Shown here: positions 9,031-19,130 of the stretch, one piece after another
Position numbering within the stretch: position 1 is the first letter of the stretch
Layout: every line of letters begins with the position of its first letter
Virus record (IMG/VR): IMGVR_UViG_3300010398_000010
Coordinates: 25,349-89,348 of that record
From: a virus
Lineage: Duplodnaviria > Caudoviricetes
Length of the DNA: 64,000 nucleotides
Reading direction: 5' to 3' (one strand)
Notes under the pieces: model-generated
The model's database searches: none
What the model saw: the letters and a program-made list of their open reading frames with translations, nothing else
What the model was told of the DNA's origin: nothing
Position numbers and translations under genes: made by a program

Positions 9031-12000
9031 GTGGCTGACTCGCTGGTGATCGCCGGGCAGATCGAACTACTCGGCGCCGAGGGCGGCATCCCGTCCACGA
9101 TCCCCATCTGCGCCGGCGCGGCGTTCACGCTGGCACCGTCGTACGACCTCGGCGCTCCGCAGCCGGTGGTCGAGCTACTAGCGGCCGGCCTGCTCGATGG
9201 CGAGCGTCCTATTGGCCGCCGGTCAAGCAACCGGACGATCAGCCTGCCTATCAAGATCACGGCCCCGGACCGGGACACACTCGCGGCGGCGCGCGAGATC
9301 TTGCTCATGCTGGTCGATGAGGACACCTGGCAGTTGGTGTGGACCCGCGACGGTGGCCCGCCGCTGGTGTTCGACTGCTTCCGCGCCGCGCCCTCGGTGC
9401 CGCTCAACGACATCCTGACCGAACAGCAGCTAGTGACCTATGTCACGGTGAGCTTTCCGGCGCTGCCCTACGGGCGCAACGACGTGGCTGAGCAGATCGT
9501 GTTCCCGGTCCCGTCGCAGATCTGGGATCAGCCGACCTCATCGCTGCTGCTCGACAGCTACGGCACCACGACGAACTTTCTGCGCGGCGACGCCACCGGG
9601 TTCGACGCGGGGATCGCCAACTGGGTGCCGGGCACCAACTGCTCGATCGCCCGGAGCACGGCGCAGTCCCACGGGGCACCGGCCAGCTTGGCGCTCACGT
9701 CGGCCGCAGCTGGGAACATGGACGCGCTGCACTGCGCGGCGGCGTCCTATTCGACGCTGGCGCTGCGGGTCCGCCCGGGGCAGACGGTCAACGTTTCGGG
9801 GTGGTTCCGCACTGCGGTCTCGGCGCGGAGCGCGAACGTCGGCGCGCTGTTCTACGACGCGAACGGAACCCAGGTCGGGGCTCGGCTCGCCGGGTCGAAC
9901 ATCACCGACTCGAGCTCGGCGTGGACTCAGGCGACCGGTGCGCTGACCGCCCCGGTCGGTGCCGCCTGGGCGATTCTCGATCCGCAGGTCGTCTCAACTG
10001 GGGCGGCCAATGAGGTGCACTACTTCGATGACGGGGACATCGACACCGGCCCCGTGCAGACCGCCGTCGACAACCACCAATGGTTCCAATCGAACGTGAC
10101 GCCGGTCACCGGGCAGCACTCCGCGAAGTGGGCCAGGACCGCGCAGGACTACCCCGTCTACGACAGCTACCTGCCCGCTGCGGTCGATATCTCGCTGCGG
10201 CCCAAGGCGACGATCTGGCTGGGGCTCGCCACGACCGCAGCGCAGTGGGGGAACTGGCACAAGGGCACGGTGCACGTCCGGCTCGACCTTTACGACACGT
10301 CGGGGAACTCGATCTCGCAGTCGGGGCGGCTGTACTGCCGCGCCGGGGCGATTGAGTCGCAGCCGCATTGGCAGCGGATCGGGATCCACCTCAGCCAGGT
10401 CAACTACGGGTTCGACTACACCAACGTGATCCGCTACGTGGTCAGCGTGTGGAACACGATGGACTCATCGGTGGTCGGCCTATCGGGGACCAAGGGCCAG
10501 CCGGTGTTGCAGGCGTCGGCGTATCTGGCGACGCTGACCGCGACCGCGACCGCGACGAACGTGGCGCTGACGCGGGGGATCTTCGCGGAAATGCCGGGGG
10601 TCATCGGCGCGGCCCGCGCGGAACTGGCGCTCCAAGCGCAGCCCGGTCCCTCGGCGTTTTCCACGGTTACCGAATTCACCACTCCCGGCAGCAACGCGTG
10701 GTCGGCACCGGCTGGGGTCACCCAGGTCGATAAGGCCGAATGCTGGGGCGCTGGTGGCGGTGGTGCCGGGAAGGGGACCGGTGGCTCCGGGCCGGCGATC
10801 GGCGGCGGCGGCGGTGGCGCAGGTGAGTATTCCGCTGAGTACAAGATCCCCGTGACCCCACTGTCGAGCTACCCGGCGACGGTCGGTGCCGCTGGCAACG
10901 GCGGGTCATCCACGAACCCCGGCAGCAGCGGCGGCGACTCATTCTGGTCGGGGCAGTCCGGTCCCCAGGTCCGCGCCAACGGCGGGATGGGCGGATGGGC
11001 CGGCGTGACGTGGGGCGGGGGCAAGGGCGGCACCGGGTCCAGCAATGCGGTGCGCTACCCCGGCGGGAACGGCCATCAGTCCAATGCCAACGGGGACAAC
11101 TTTGGCGGCGGCGGCGGAAGCTCGGGCGGGACCGGCTCAGCTGGGCACAGTGGCGACAACGACACCCGCAACGGCGGCTCGGCGGTGACCGGCGGCGGGC
11201 CTGGCGGCTCGGGCGGGAACTGGGATGGGACGCCCGTCGCGAACGGTCAGCCGCCGAACAAGGGGCCGGGCGGCGGCGGCGGCGGCGGCAGCCAAAAGGC
11301 GGGAGCGTCGGGCGGTAACGGGTTCAACGGCAAGGTCCGGCTGACCTACGGCGCGACCGGGATCCTGCCCCTGGCGTCGCTGCTTGTGCACGCCCCGGGC
11401 CGGGACGCTCCCCCGACCTATCAGCCGATATGCGCGGTCGGGAACGGTGCCGACACGCCCAACGGGGCGACCGAATATCTGGTGCCGCCGCCGACCGGGG
11501 TCAACCTCAACGCGAGGTTCAACGGGACGCACGTCGTCTACCTGATCGCCGGGACGTGGAACACGCCGGCCAACTCGCGGACCCTCACGGTGCAGCTGCG
11601 GCAGTACCCCTACTCGGGTGGCGCGGTCGCCTCGGTCAACCTGACCCGCACGGTGACGCCGAACGCGGACATCACCAACGGCTACGTCGACATGGGCGCG
11701 GTCACGCTGCCGATCAACGCGATCCCGTCGGGCTCGGTCTCGGCGTATTTCGGGCTCACCGTCACATCGAGCAACACCGCCGATCGGTTTCTCGACTGTT
11801 TGATCATGGATGTCACCGGGTCGCTGGTGCTCATGAACCAAGCGGGCTCAAGCGTGCTGCAAAACGTGTGGCTTGACCCGCCCGACACCAACCACCCGCT
11901 CGGGCTGGTCTCCGGGTCGAACACCGACCGGGATCAGGCGTACTCGCTGACCCAGTCGATCGAGCGCTACTCCGGGCACCCCATGTCGGTCGATCCACAG

Positions 12001-12099
12001 ATCACCAACCGGTTGCTGGTCTACGCCGCGCAGGGGGTGCCGGGGTTCACCGCGACGTACCTGCCGCGGTGGTGGATGGACCGGGCGGCTGGCCGATGA
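9031..12099 (+). CDS. distal tail / fibre fusion protein with carbohydrate-binding-like and glycine-rich regions
   Basis: N-terminal SNRTISLPIKI Dit-like segment; CBM-like NFLRGDATGFD segment; Gly-rich GGGGGAG region (about 10740-11340). Confidence 0.75.
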   Translation: MADSLVIAGQIELLGAEGGIPSTIPICAGAAFTLAPSYDLGAPQPVVELLAAGLLDGERPIGRRSSNRTISLPIKITAPDRDTLAAAREILLMLVDEDTWQLVWTRDGGPPLVFDCFRAAPSVPLNDILTEQQLVTYVTVSFPALPYGRNDVAEQIVFPVPSQIWDQPTSSLLLDSYGTTTNFLRGDATGFDAGIANWVPGTNCSIARSTAQSHGAPASLALTSAAAGNMDALHCAAASYSTLALRVRPGQTVNVSGWFRTAVSARSANVGALFYDANGTQVGARLAGSNITDSSSAWTQATGALTAPVGAAWAILDPQVVSTGAANEVHYFDDGDIDTGPVQTAVDNHQWFQSNVTPVTGQHSAKWARTAQDYPVYDSYLPAAVDISLRPKATIWLGLATTAAQWGNWHKGTVHVRLDLYDTSGNSISQSGRLYCRAGAIESQPHWQRIGIHLSQVNYGFDYTNVIRYVVSVWNTMDSSVVGLSGTKGQPVLQASAYLATLTATATATNVALTRGIFAEMPGVIGAARAELALQAQPGPSAFSTVTEFTTPGSNAWSAPAGVTQVDKAECWGAGGGGAGKGTGGSGPAIGGGGGGAGEYSAEYKIPVTPLSSYPATVGAAGNGGSSTNPGSSGGDSFWSGQSGPQVRANGGMGGWAGVTWGGGKGGTGSSNAVRYPGGNGHQSNANGDNFGGGGGSSGGTGSAGHSGDNDTRNGGSAVTGGGPGGSGGNWDGTPVANGQPPNKGPGGGGGGGSQKAGASGGNGFNGKVRLTYGATGILPLASLLVHAPGRDAPPTYQPICAVGNGADTPNGATEYLVPPPTGVNLNARFNGTHVVYLIAGTWNTPANSRTLTVQLRQYPYSGGAVASVNLTRTVTPNADITNGYVDMGAVTLPINAIPSGSVSAYFGLTVTSSNTADRFLDCLIMDVTGSLVLMNQAGSSVLQNVWLDPPDTNHPLGLVSGSNTDRDQAYSLTQSIERYSGHPMSVDPQITNRLLVYAAQGVPGFTATYLPRWWMDRAAGR

Positions 12100-12686
12100 C
12101 CAGTGAAAAGGCGTACTCGGTTGAGGCGCGGCTCAACGCCCTGATCGCGGCCGGGGTGGACTCCACGATCACCGACACCGGGATAACCACCGTCACCCAG
12201 GCCACCGACAACCTGCTCAGCGCGTCGTTCACGATCCCCACCGACATCGCCGGGCCGAACCTCGGCACCGAATATGAACTGGTCGCGTTCGGCTCAGGCA
12301 CCTGGGGCTCGACACAGCAAGCACTGACGCTCAACCCGCAGCTAGGCGGCACGACAGCGGGCAATACGACGGCGATCGGTCAAACACAGTTCAACGCGGG
12401 CGCTGGGTTCCGGTGGCAGTTCCGGTTCATCGCGCTCTGCACGGCAACGGGGGCCGGTGGCGCGTTCGTCATCGGCACGTTCGGCGGCGCGTCGGTCGTG
12501 TCTGGCAACATCCTTTCGGGCATCGGCAACAATGCGTCCCTGGGGTTCGCGAACGGCTCCACCCCAAGCCAGAGCATTGACACCACGGCACCGTTCACGA
12601 TGAAGCTCACCGCGTCGTGGGCATCCACCACCGGCTCCCCGTCGATCACCTGCCGGGGCACCTTGCTACACCGGAGGGGACCATGA
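12096..12686 (+). CDS. minor tail protein
   Basis: ATGA overlap with the upstream gene; Thr/Gly-rich beta-type sequence. Confidence 0.6.
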   Translation: MTSEKAYSVEARLNALIAAGVDSTITDTGITTVTQATDNLLSASFTIPTDIAGPNLGTEYELVAFGSGTWGSTQQALTLNPQLGGTTAGNTTAIGQTQFNAGAGFRWQFRFIALCTATGAGGAFVIGTFGGASVVSGNILSGIGNNASLGFANGSTPSQSIDTTAPFTMKLTASWASTTGSPSITCRGTLLHRRGP

Positions 12687-13027
12687 CCACAGTGCCGCCG
12701 GCCGCCGCGCAAATCGACGCGTGGGTAGATGGGCAGCCGGGTCTGGCGCAGCTAATCCAGAACGCCGTTCAGCAGCCCGGCCAGCCGGTCACCGCCGTGA
12801 TCGTCGCGTGGACGCAGAACGACACCACGGCACAGTTCCGCCACATCCCGCGCCCTGACCAGAACGGCGAATCGGCCGACTTTGTGCGCGGCCTGGTCGC
12901 CACCTACGGCGCGGTGACGTTGCGCGCCTACTCGTTCACCTGGGCTCAGCCCACCGCCGCGTCCATCGCCTCACCGGCGGGGACACAGACCGCAGTGAAC
13001 AACCCGGCCAACTGGGTCGTGGCCTGA
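12683..13027 (+). CDS. hypothetical protein (tail region)
   Basis: ATGA overlap, GGAGGGG RBS. Confidence 0.55.
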   Translation: MTTVPPAAAQIDAWVDGQPGLAQLIQNAVQQPGQPVTAVIVAWTQNDTTAQFRHIPRPDQNGESADFVRGLVATYGAVTLRAYSFTWAQPTAASIASPAGTQTAVNNPANWVVA

Positions 13028-14178
13028 TGGCGTCGGACCTGACCCAGATCATGACCAGCAAGGCGGACGGGTCGGATCAGCGGCTACTGAGCCAAGAGGG
13101 GTCGGTCACCGGGCTCAGCTATTCGTTCAGCACGCCGGGCGGCTGCAATCAGATGCAGTGCACGCTGGCGGTCTCAGCCGGGTGGCGGGGTAACGCGCTG
13201 AACCCCGGCCGGCTGGTGCAGGCGTGGCGCGGCGGCGCGGTCGCCTGGGCGGGGATCCTCGATGAACCCGTCCCCGGGCAAGACGGGTGGCAGGTCACCG
13301 CGCACGGCGCCGGCGCGTTCGGGGATGACTACCTCGCGCTGTGGACTGGCAGCTGGGGGACCGGCGTCTTTGACAACGCGGTCAACGCCGCCATCGGCCG
13401 CGGGCTGCCGTGGGTCAACCCCGGCATCGGCGCACCGTCTGGGATCTGGACGGGTCAAACCGTCGACTCCGGGGCGCAGACGATCACCGACTTGCTCAAT
13501 CTTGGCTGCCACAAGGGTGGCCTGACGTGGATGGTCCGCACCGGCCCCGGCGACGCCAACACGCTGTCGGTGTTCGCGCTGCCCACCGCGAGCAACCGGT
13601 ACCTGATCACCGGCGACCCCGCTGGCCGGTCGATCGGGGACGGGCCGACGACGCTGTACGTCCGGTATCAGGCGACGTGGGACACCGGCAAGACCGCCGC
13701 GACGTTCGCCACGACCTCGGTGACCAACAGCGCGCAGGAGGCCGCGTTCGGCCGGCGTGAGGACATCATGGACATCAGCAGCGCCGGGGTCTACACCGCA
13801 GGCAACGCCCAGGCGGTCGCCAGCCAAGCGCTCAAGCGATACCAGCGGGTCGCGTTCGCGGACCCGTTCACCGTCCAGCCGGGTGACCTGCTCGCGCTCG
13901 GCGGCGAGCCCGTCGACCTTGGCCTGTTCTTCGCTGACGGGTTCACGGCGATGGTGTGTGAGCTATGGCTCGCTGATTACCCCTACGGCGGCGAGGTCGC
14001 CGGCGGGCCGGTCGTTTTCCTGGTCGGTGAGTACGTCTTTAACGCCGATGGCACGGCGACGATCACCCCATTCAACTCGGAGCGGCACGACTGGTCATCA
14101 GTCATGGGTGCCGCCGTCGACGCGACCCCCGTACGCGTCAAGCCGCACAAGAAGCACAAGCGCAAGCACAAGAAATAG
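13027..14178 (+). CDS. baseplate hub / Tal-like minor tail protein
   Basis: GRLVQAWRGGAVAWAGILDEP pattern of siphovirus hub proteins; basic C-terminal tail. Confidence 0.65.
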   Translation: MASDLTQIMTSKADGSDQRLLSQEGSVTGLSYSFSTPGGCNQMQCTLAVSAGWRGNALNPGRLVQAWRGGAVAWAGILDEPVPGQDGWQVTAHGAGAFGDDYLALWTGSWGTGVFDNAVNAAIGRGLPWVNPGIGAPSGIWTGQTVDSGAQTITDLLNLGCHKGGLTWMVRTGPGDANTLSVFALPTASNRYLITGDPAGRSIGDGPTTLYVRYQATWDTGKTAATFATTSVTNSAQEAAFGRREDIMDISSAGVYTAGNAQAVASQALKRYQRVAFADPFTVQPGDLLALGGEPVDLGLFFADGFTAMVCELWLADYPYGGEVAGGPVVFLVGEYVFNADGTATITPFNSERHDWSSVMGAAVDATPVRVKPHKKHKRKHKK

Positions 14179-14194
14179 CGACGGGGGGCCGGCC

Positions 14195-14473
14195 GTGACT
14201 GATCCCAATCACCGCTATGTGGATTTCGGCCGGTGGGAAGAGGCGCACCGGGCGCTGACGGAGCGGGTCGCGGACCTTGAGCGCGCAATGATCCCCGGCC
14301 TAGAACAGCGGCTCAGCCATCTGGAGAGGGCGGTCGGGGGATGGCAGGAACGTCAGGATCAGGCGCAGCTGACCCGCCGCACGCGGGCGTGGCAGGTGGC
14401 GCTGGCGGTAGTGACCGGGCTGGTGCTGCCGCTGGCGACGATCGGGCTGGTGGCACTGTTCCACCTCGAATGA
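14195..14473 (+). CDS. coiled-coil plus C-terminal TM protein (lysis cassette, holin-like accessory)
   Basis: GTG 14195; heptad region followed by one hydrophobic helix; next to the endolysin. Confidence 0.55.
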   Translation: MTDPNHRYVDFGRWEEAHRALTERVADLERAMIPGLEQRLSHLERAVGGWQERQDQAQLTRRTRAWQVALAVVTGLVLPLATIGLVALFHLE

Positions 14474-14700
14474 GGCGGCGATTGTGGCTGGTGCAGGTCA
14501 CGGTCACGCTGCTGGTGCTGATCGGTGCCGCGTCGGTGATCATCATCGGCGTGGCCGTCGCGAACCTGTACGACCAGCAGCGCCAAACCGACGTGCGACT
14601 GTGCGTCATCGCGCAAGCCGAATGGCGGCAGATCCGCCGCCTCGCCGCCAACCAGGGCATCAGCGTGCCGCCGACCCCGCCGCCGTGCCCCAAGCCGTAA
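14470..14700 (+). CDS. small N-terminal TM protein (lysis cassette)
   Basis: ATGA overlap; one TM helix, two Cys, Pro-rich end. Confidence 0.55.
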   Translation: MRRRLWLVQVTVTLLVLIGAASVIIIGVAVANLYDQQRQTDVRLCVIAQAEWRQIRRLAANQGISVPPTPPPCPKP

Positions 14701-14714
14701 CGAGAGGCAAAGCC

Positions 14715-15647
14715 ATGACCCTGTTTGGTCCCGACGCGTCCTCATTCCAAGGCGACGTGAACTGGGGTGCCGTCGATAGCTCGATGGCGTTCGGGTTTGA
14801 AAAGGTCACCCAAGGCACGGGCTACATCAACCCGCGCTGGCAGCCAGAGAAGCCGGAAATGCTCGCGCGAGCCCGCGCTACCGGGTTCGTGCCCGGCGCG
14901 TACCTGTTCCTTGAGCAGGGCAACGGCTCCGGGCAGGCCGACTTTTTCCACCGGGTCGCCGGCGACCTCACCGGGTTCGCCCTGGCCGTGGACATTGAGC
15001 CCTCGACTTCGCGGCCGGACATGGTGACGGCCCGCTCATGCGTGTCGCGGCTGCGCCACCTGTACCCCGGAAAGCCGGTCATCGGCTACATCCCGCGCTG
15101 GTACTGGGGCAATCAGGACACGACTTTCGTGGATGTGCTCTGGGCGTCCAACTACGTCGTGCCCGGCCCAGCCGGTGCCGCCGCCTTGTATGGCCACGTC
15201 GTGCCCGCGCAATGGGCACCGTACGGCGGCCGGGCCGTGTCGCTGTTGCAGTTCACCGACAAGGCGATCATCGCCGGGGTCGCCGGGCCGTGTGACTGCT
15301 CGGCGTTCCGCGGCACAGTCCCCCAGCTGCGGGGGCTGCTGATGGCTGGCGTCGGCCAGCCACCAACAAGTGAAGGGGAGACCGACATGCACCCGCATTT
15401 CCTCAACAAGGGCAAGGGCGCCGTCACCCCGGTCGCGCTGATCGAGGCGTTCGACCGGCTGCTGTTCTTTTCCAACCAGCCGGCGGTCGTCCGCGTGGAC
15501 TGGGTCGGCGTCGATGCCAAGACGGCCGAGGTGCCCCTCGGCTACGACAAGGGGCGGCAGTCCGCCGCGATCCCGCCGAAAGCTCACGCCGCCGTGGTGC
15601 GCCGCGTCGATGACGGCGACAACGACGTGTCGATGCTGATCACCTGA
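14715..15647 (+). CDS. endolysin, GH25 muramidase
   Basis: PDASSFQG..EKVTQG..GAYLF..VDIE..IGY..LWAS..LLQFT GH25 motif series. Confidence 0.9.
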   Translation: MTLFGPDASSFQGDVNWGAVDSSMAFGFEKVTQGTGYINPRWQPEKPEMLARARATGFVPGAYLFLEQGNGSGQADFFHRVAGDLTGFALAVDIEPSTSRPDMVTARSCVSRLRHLYPGKPVIGYIPRWYWGNQDTTFVDVLWASNYVVPGPAGAAALYGHVVPAQWAPYGGRAVSLLQFTDKAIIAGVAGPCDCSAFRGTVPQLRGLLMAGVGQPPTSEGETDMHPHFLNKGKGAVTPVALIEAFDRLLFFSNQPAVVRVDWVGVDAKTAEVPLGYDKGRQSAAIPPKAHAAVVRRVDDGDNDVSMLIT

Positions 15648-15961
15648 TGGCCGGTGGCCCGATTGAGCAAAAGGCGGCGGCTGGCCCGGCCGCGACTTTG
15701 ATAGCGGGCTACCTCTCGGCGGTGCTGGTCGAGGCGGTGCCGTGGCTGCACGACCACCTCACCCCCGACCAGCGGCAGAACTTGCCGGTCATCATCGCGT
15801 TCGCGCTGTCCGCGCTGGCGGCGTGGCTCGCGCCGCACACCCACCGGCCCGACCTCGCCCCAGGCGACCCGGACACGGGGCAGGTGCAGGTCACCTACAC
15901 CCCGCCGCAGATCGGCCCGCAGACGATCACCACGACGGGGCAGCGGGGCCGGCACGAGTGA
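15647..15961 (+). CDS. holin
   Basis: Two TM helices and AAWLAPHT motif typical of actinophage holins; overlaps the endolysin stop. Confidence 0.75.
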   Translation: MAGGPIEQKAAAGPAATLIAGYLSAVLVEAVPWLHDHLTPDQRQNLPVIIAFALSALAAWLAPHTHRPDLAPGDPDTGQVQVTYTPPQIGPQTITTTGQRGRHE

Positions 15962-17442
15962 TGGACTCGACCAATGGGCACCATCCCCGTCGATCTGTGG
16001 GCGCACGCGCTGCCGAGGCTGCTCGCGGTCAGCTACGGAGCGGCGATGCTGGCGGCGCTGGCGATCCGCCTGCTGTGGCGCCGCCGCCGCTCGCATCTGT
16101 CATACCGATCCGCCCGGGCGGGCAGGCACGCCCGGTCACCCCTGAAATCAGGTACCGGCCCCGGCGCTGGCTGATCACCATCCCGCTGCTGCTGCTCGGC
16201 TGCGCGAGCGTGATCTTGCATCAGCGGCTCATCCGCGCTGAGCACATCCCCCCAGCTGCGGCGGTCGTGTGGGCATTAGCGCTGTCCGCCGTGACCGCGC
16301 AGGTCGTCATGGCGTGGCTCGGCCGCCCCTACACCGCCGACCCGCCGGCCGGGCTGCGGGTGTGCGTGATCGTCCCCTGCTATAACGAGGACCCGGCGTA
16401 CTTGCGGCGCGTGCTCGACTCGCTGCGCTGCCAGACCCGCAAGGCCGACCGGGTCATCGTTTGCGACGACGGGTCCAAGGTGTCCTACGCCGGGATCCCG
16501 GAGGCATACCCCGAAGTCACGTTCCTGCGGCAGGACAACGCGGGCAAGAAACACGCGCAGGCGGCGTGCTGGCGGGCCGACTGGGACGCGGACATTTACT
16601 GCAACATCGACAGCGATTCCGCGCTTGAGCCCCGCGCGCTTGAGCAGGGCTTGCGCCCGTTCGCTGACCCGCGCGTGCAGGCGGTCGCCGGGGTCGAGTG
16701 GGCCAGCAACTACAGCCAGAACATCCTGACCCGGTCGATGGGCGCGCGGTCGCTCGCGTTCCAACTGTTCGCGATGTCCAGCCAGAGCACCGCCCGGGGC
16801 AACGTGCTGATCGCCCCCGGCGCGTTCAGTCTCTACCGCGGGCCGATGATCCGCGAGTGCGTCGACGCCTACCTCGGTGAGACGTTCGCCGGGATCCCCG
16901 TCACGCTAGGCGACGACACGATGCTGACCTTTTTCGCGCTGATGCGCGGGCGGGTCGTGCAGCAGCCAACCGCCGTCGCGTTCCCGGCCTACCCGGAGAA
17001 GATCAGCCACCACCTGCGGCAGTGGGTCCGGTGGATGCGCGCCTCAACGATCCGGCAGATCTGGCGACTCAGGTATCTGCCGATCGCCAGTTACGGATGG
17101 TGGTTCTCGGTCTGGCAGCTGGGCGCGTTCACCGCCGGCGTCGCCGCGTCCGCGCTCGTTCTCGCGGCGTGGCCCGCCTCCGGGCAGCTGCTCATAGGAT
17201 CGCTGGCGGGCCTGTTCATGTGGCCGCTGATCCTCGCTACGCGGCTCGCGTGCCTTTCGCGTTCGGATCTGTCGGCCTGGTCAATCCTCGGCGGCGTGCT
17301 GCTCATGCCGCTCGCCGGGCTCTGGTACCTGGTCGTGCTCCGTCAGATCCGGCTGTACGGCATCGCGACGTGCACACGCCAAGGCTGGGTCACCCGCAAG
17401 AAAGTCGAGGTCCGGTTGCATGACGCGCAACCCCCGTCATAG
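15961..17442 (+). CDS. processive GT2 glycosyltransferase, hyaluronan synthase/NodC/chitin synthase-like
   Basis: VPCYNED, DDGS, NAGKKHAQ, NIDSDS, GDD and QWVRW (QxxRW) motifs; 2 N-terminal and about 3-4 C-terminal TM helices. Confidence 0.88.
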   Translation: MDSTNGHHPRRSVGARAAEAARGQLRSGDAGGAGDPPAVAPPPLASVIPIRPGGQARPVTPEIRYRPRRWLITIPLLLLGCASVILHQRLIRAEHIPPAAAVVWALALSAVTAQVVMAWLGRPYTADPPAGLRVCVIVPCYNEDPAYLRRVLDSLRCQTRKADRVIVCDDGSKVSYAGIPEAYPEVTFLRQDNAGKKHAQAACWRADWDADIYCNIDSDSALEPRALEQGLRPFADPRVQAVAGVEWASNYSQNILTRSMGARSLAFQLFAMSSQSTARGNVLIAPGAFSLYRGPMIRECVDAYLGETFAGIPVTLGDDTMLTFFALMRGRVVQQPTAVAFPAYPEKISHHLRQWVRWMRASTIRQIWRLRYLPIASYGWWFSVWQLGAFTAGVAASALVLAAWPASGQLLIGSLAGLFMWPLILATRLACLSRSDLSAWSILGGVLLMPLAGLWYLVVLRQIRLYGIATCTRQGWVTRKKVEVRLHDAQPPS

Positions 17443-18688
17443 CGCGAAACCCCGCTCAACCTCCCTCGCCCTGGCCGGCGTCGCCGTGCTCATGGTGCTC
17501 GGCGCGGTCGCCGCCGTGTTCATCCCCCTCAGCAACGGCGACGGCGCGACCTCGCTGCCGATCATGCCGGGGCTGAGCCCGGCACCGGCCAGCTTGAGCC
17601 CGGCCGCGACCGGCACGCCCAGCTCGAGCCACCCTCCGACGACCAGCCCGGCCGGCTGCTGCCCGGTCCGCCAGCCGTCGCCCGGATCCGGGGTCGTGCC
17701 GGTCGCCTACCCGGCACCGACCAAGACCTACCCGGCGCCGAACCGCACCTATCCGGCACCGTCGCGGACCTACCCGGCACCGACGACCAGCTACCCGCCG
17801 CCGCCGCCCTCACCGACGCCGCCGCCGGGCTCGGATCTGCCGCCGCCGATGAAGCTGACCGCGCCGATGACCGGTGCCGCCACGACCGACCTGGCCGCGT
17901 GGGACGCCGCGACCCACTCGACCGCGCAACTGATGGTCCGCTACGTGTCGATGGCGTCGCCGCTGTCCCCGACGTTCATTCACTCCGCGCTGCGGGTCGC
18001 CAACGGCGCGACCCCGGTGATCGAGATCCTGCTCCGCGACAGCGCCTCAACCTCCGGGCAGGGCATCACGCTGGAATCGGTCGCCAGCGGATCGCAGGAC
18101 GCGTGGCTGTCCCAGCTGCGCGACCAGATCACCGCGATGGGCCACCCGGTCATACTCAGCTTCGCCCCCGAACCCAACGGTGCCTGGTACACCTGGGGCC
18201 AGGATCCGGGCGGGTTCATCACCGCCTACCGGCATGTGCACACCGTGGTCGGCACCAACGACGTGACGTGGATGTGGCAGCCCTCGGCCAGCCAGTCGCC
18301 GCCCACCACCTCAACCGACGACCTCGGCCACTACTGGCCCGGGGCGAGCTACGTCGACTGGGTCGGGCTGGACGGCTACTACTACGTGCCCGGCGACAGC
18401 TTTGAGCACCGGTTCGCGCACAGCCTGGCCGAACTCGCGACGTGGTGGACCGGGCCGGTGATCATCGCGGAGACCGCCGTCAGCCCGGACACCAAGAACA
18501 TGCCGAACGACGTTACCGACCTGTTCGACGGGGTAACCCGTCACCACCTGCTCGGGCTGATCTATTTCGACCTCAAGCCCGTGTGCCCGCCCGAATGCGG
18601 GCAGTTCCACCCCGATTTCCGCCTTGAGTCTTACCCCCCCGCCTTGGCGGCCTACGTCAAGGCGGTTTCGACATGGCCATCCCCCTAG
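17420..18688 (+). CDS. exported/membrane-anchored GH26-family glycoside hydrolase
   Basis: N-terminal hydrophobic helix, Pro/Thr linker, LSFAPEPNGAWYTW, YWPGASYVDWVGLDGY and IIAET catalytic motifs. Confidence 0.82.
   Translation: MTRNPRHSAKPRSTSLALAGVAVLMVLGAVAAVFIPLSNGDGATSLPIMPGLSPAPASLSPAATGTPSSSHPPTTSPAGCCPVRQPSPGSGVVPVAYPAPTKTYPAPNRTYPAPSRTYPAPTTSYPPPPPSPTPPPGSDLPPPMKLTAPMTGAATTDLAAWDAATHSTAQLMVRYVSMASPLSPTFIHSALRVANGATPVIEILLRDSASTSGQGITLESVASGSQDAWLSQLRDQITAMGHPVILSFAPEPNGAWYTWGQDPGGFITAYRHVHTVVGTNDVTWMWQPSASQSPPTTSTDDLGHYWPGASYVDWVGLDGYYYVPGDSFEHRFAHSLAELATWWTGPVIIAETAVSPDTKNMPNDVTDLFDGVTRHHLLGLIYFDLKPVCPPECGQFHPDFRLESYPPALAAYVKAVSTWPSP
17706..17803 (+). repeat. five 21-nt tandem coding repeats (xxYPAP) in the GH26 linker
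   Basis: cctacccggcaccg-like units at 17706, 17727, 17748, 17769 and 17790. Confidence 0.85.
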
Positions 18689-19104
18689 CAGTCAAACTCG
18701 GCGCGCTCGCTGCGGCCGGGATCATCGGCTCGGCCTCGACCACCCCGCCGTGCGTCTGCCAGCCGGAAACCGAAACCATCAGCTGCACCGATGGGGTCTC
18801 ATCGTTCGCGGCGGCGGTGTGCACGCAGACGCCGGTCCCCGCTGGTCTGCACGCAGGTGCCGACCCCGCAGCCCCCGCTCTGACTGAGGTGACGCTGCTC
18901 TGCCCACCCGGCCATGAGACCGCGATCTCGGCCGGGTTCCGGCACCTGGCCGGCCCGTTCCGGCCGCTGCTGGAAATGTCGCCGCTGGTGCCGTCCGGCC
19001 CGCACGCCATCGGTTACCGGTTCATCTGGCGGACCAAGGGCGGGACCGACCTCAAGGTTTACATCACCTGCCAAGCGGTGACCCCCGCCGCAGCGGCCAC
19101 CTGA
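18673..19104 (+). CDS. secreted Cys-rich protein
   Basis: Signal-peptide-like N-terminus, six Cys, CPPG..AISAG...VYITC pattern; overlaps the GH26 stop. Confidence 0.6.
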   Translation: MAIPLAVKLGALAAAGIIGSASTTPPCVCQPETETISCTDGVSSFAAAVCTQTPVPAGLHAGADPAAPALTEVTLLCPPGHETAISAGFRHLAGPFRPLLEMSPLVPSGPHAIGYRFIWRTKGGTDLKVYITCQAVTPAAAAT

Positions 19105-19130
19105 ACGATCGACGATCGAAAGGGTCCGGC

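Noticed and set aside
15974-16174. Alternative small membrane ORF overlapping the GT2 N-terminus
   Set aside because: The GT2 start at 15961 is coupled to the holin stop and explains the region; this ORF cannot be excluded if the GT2 starts later
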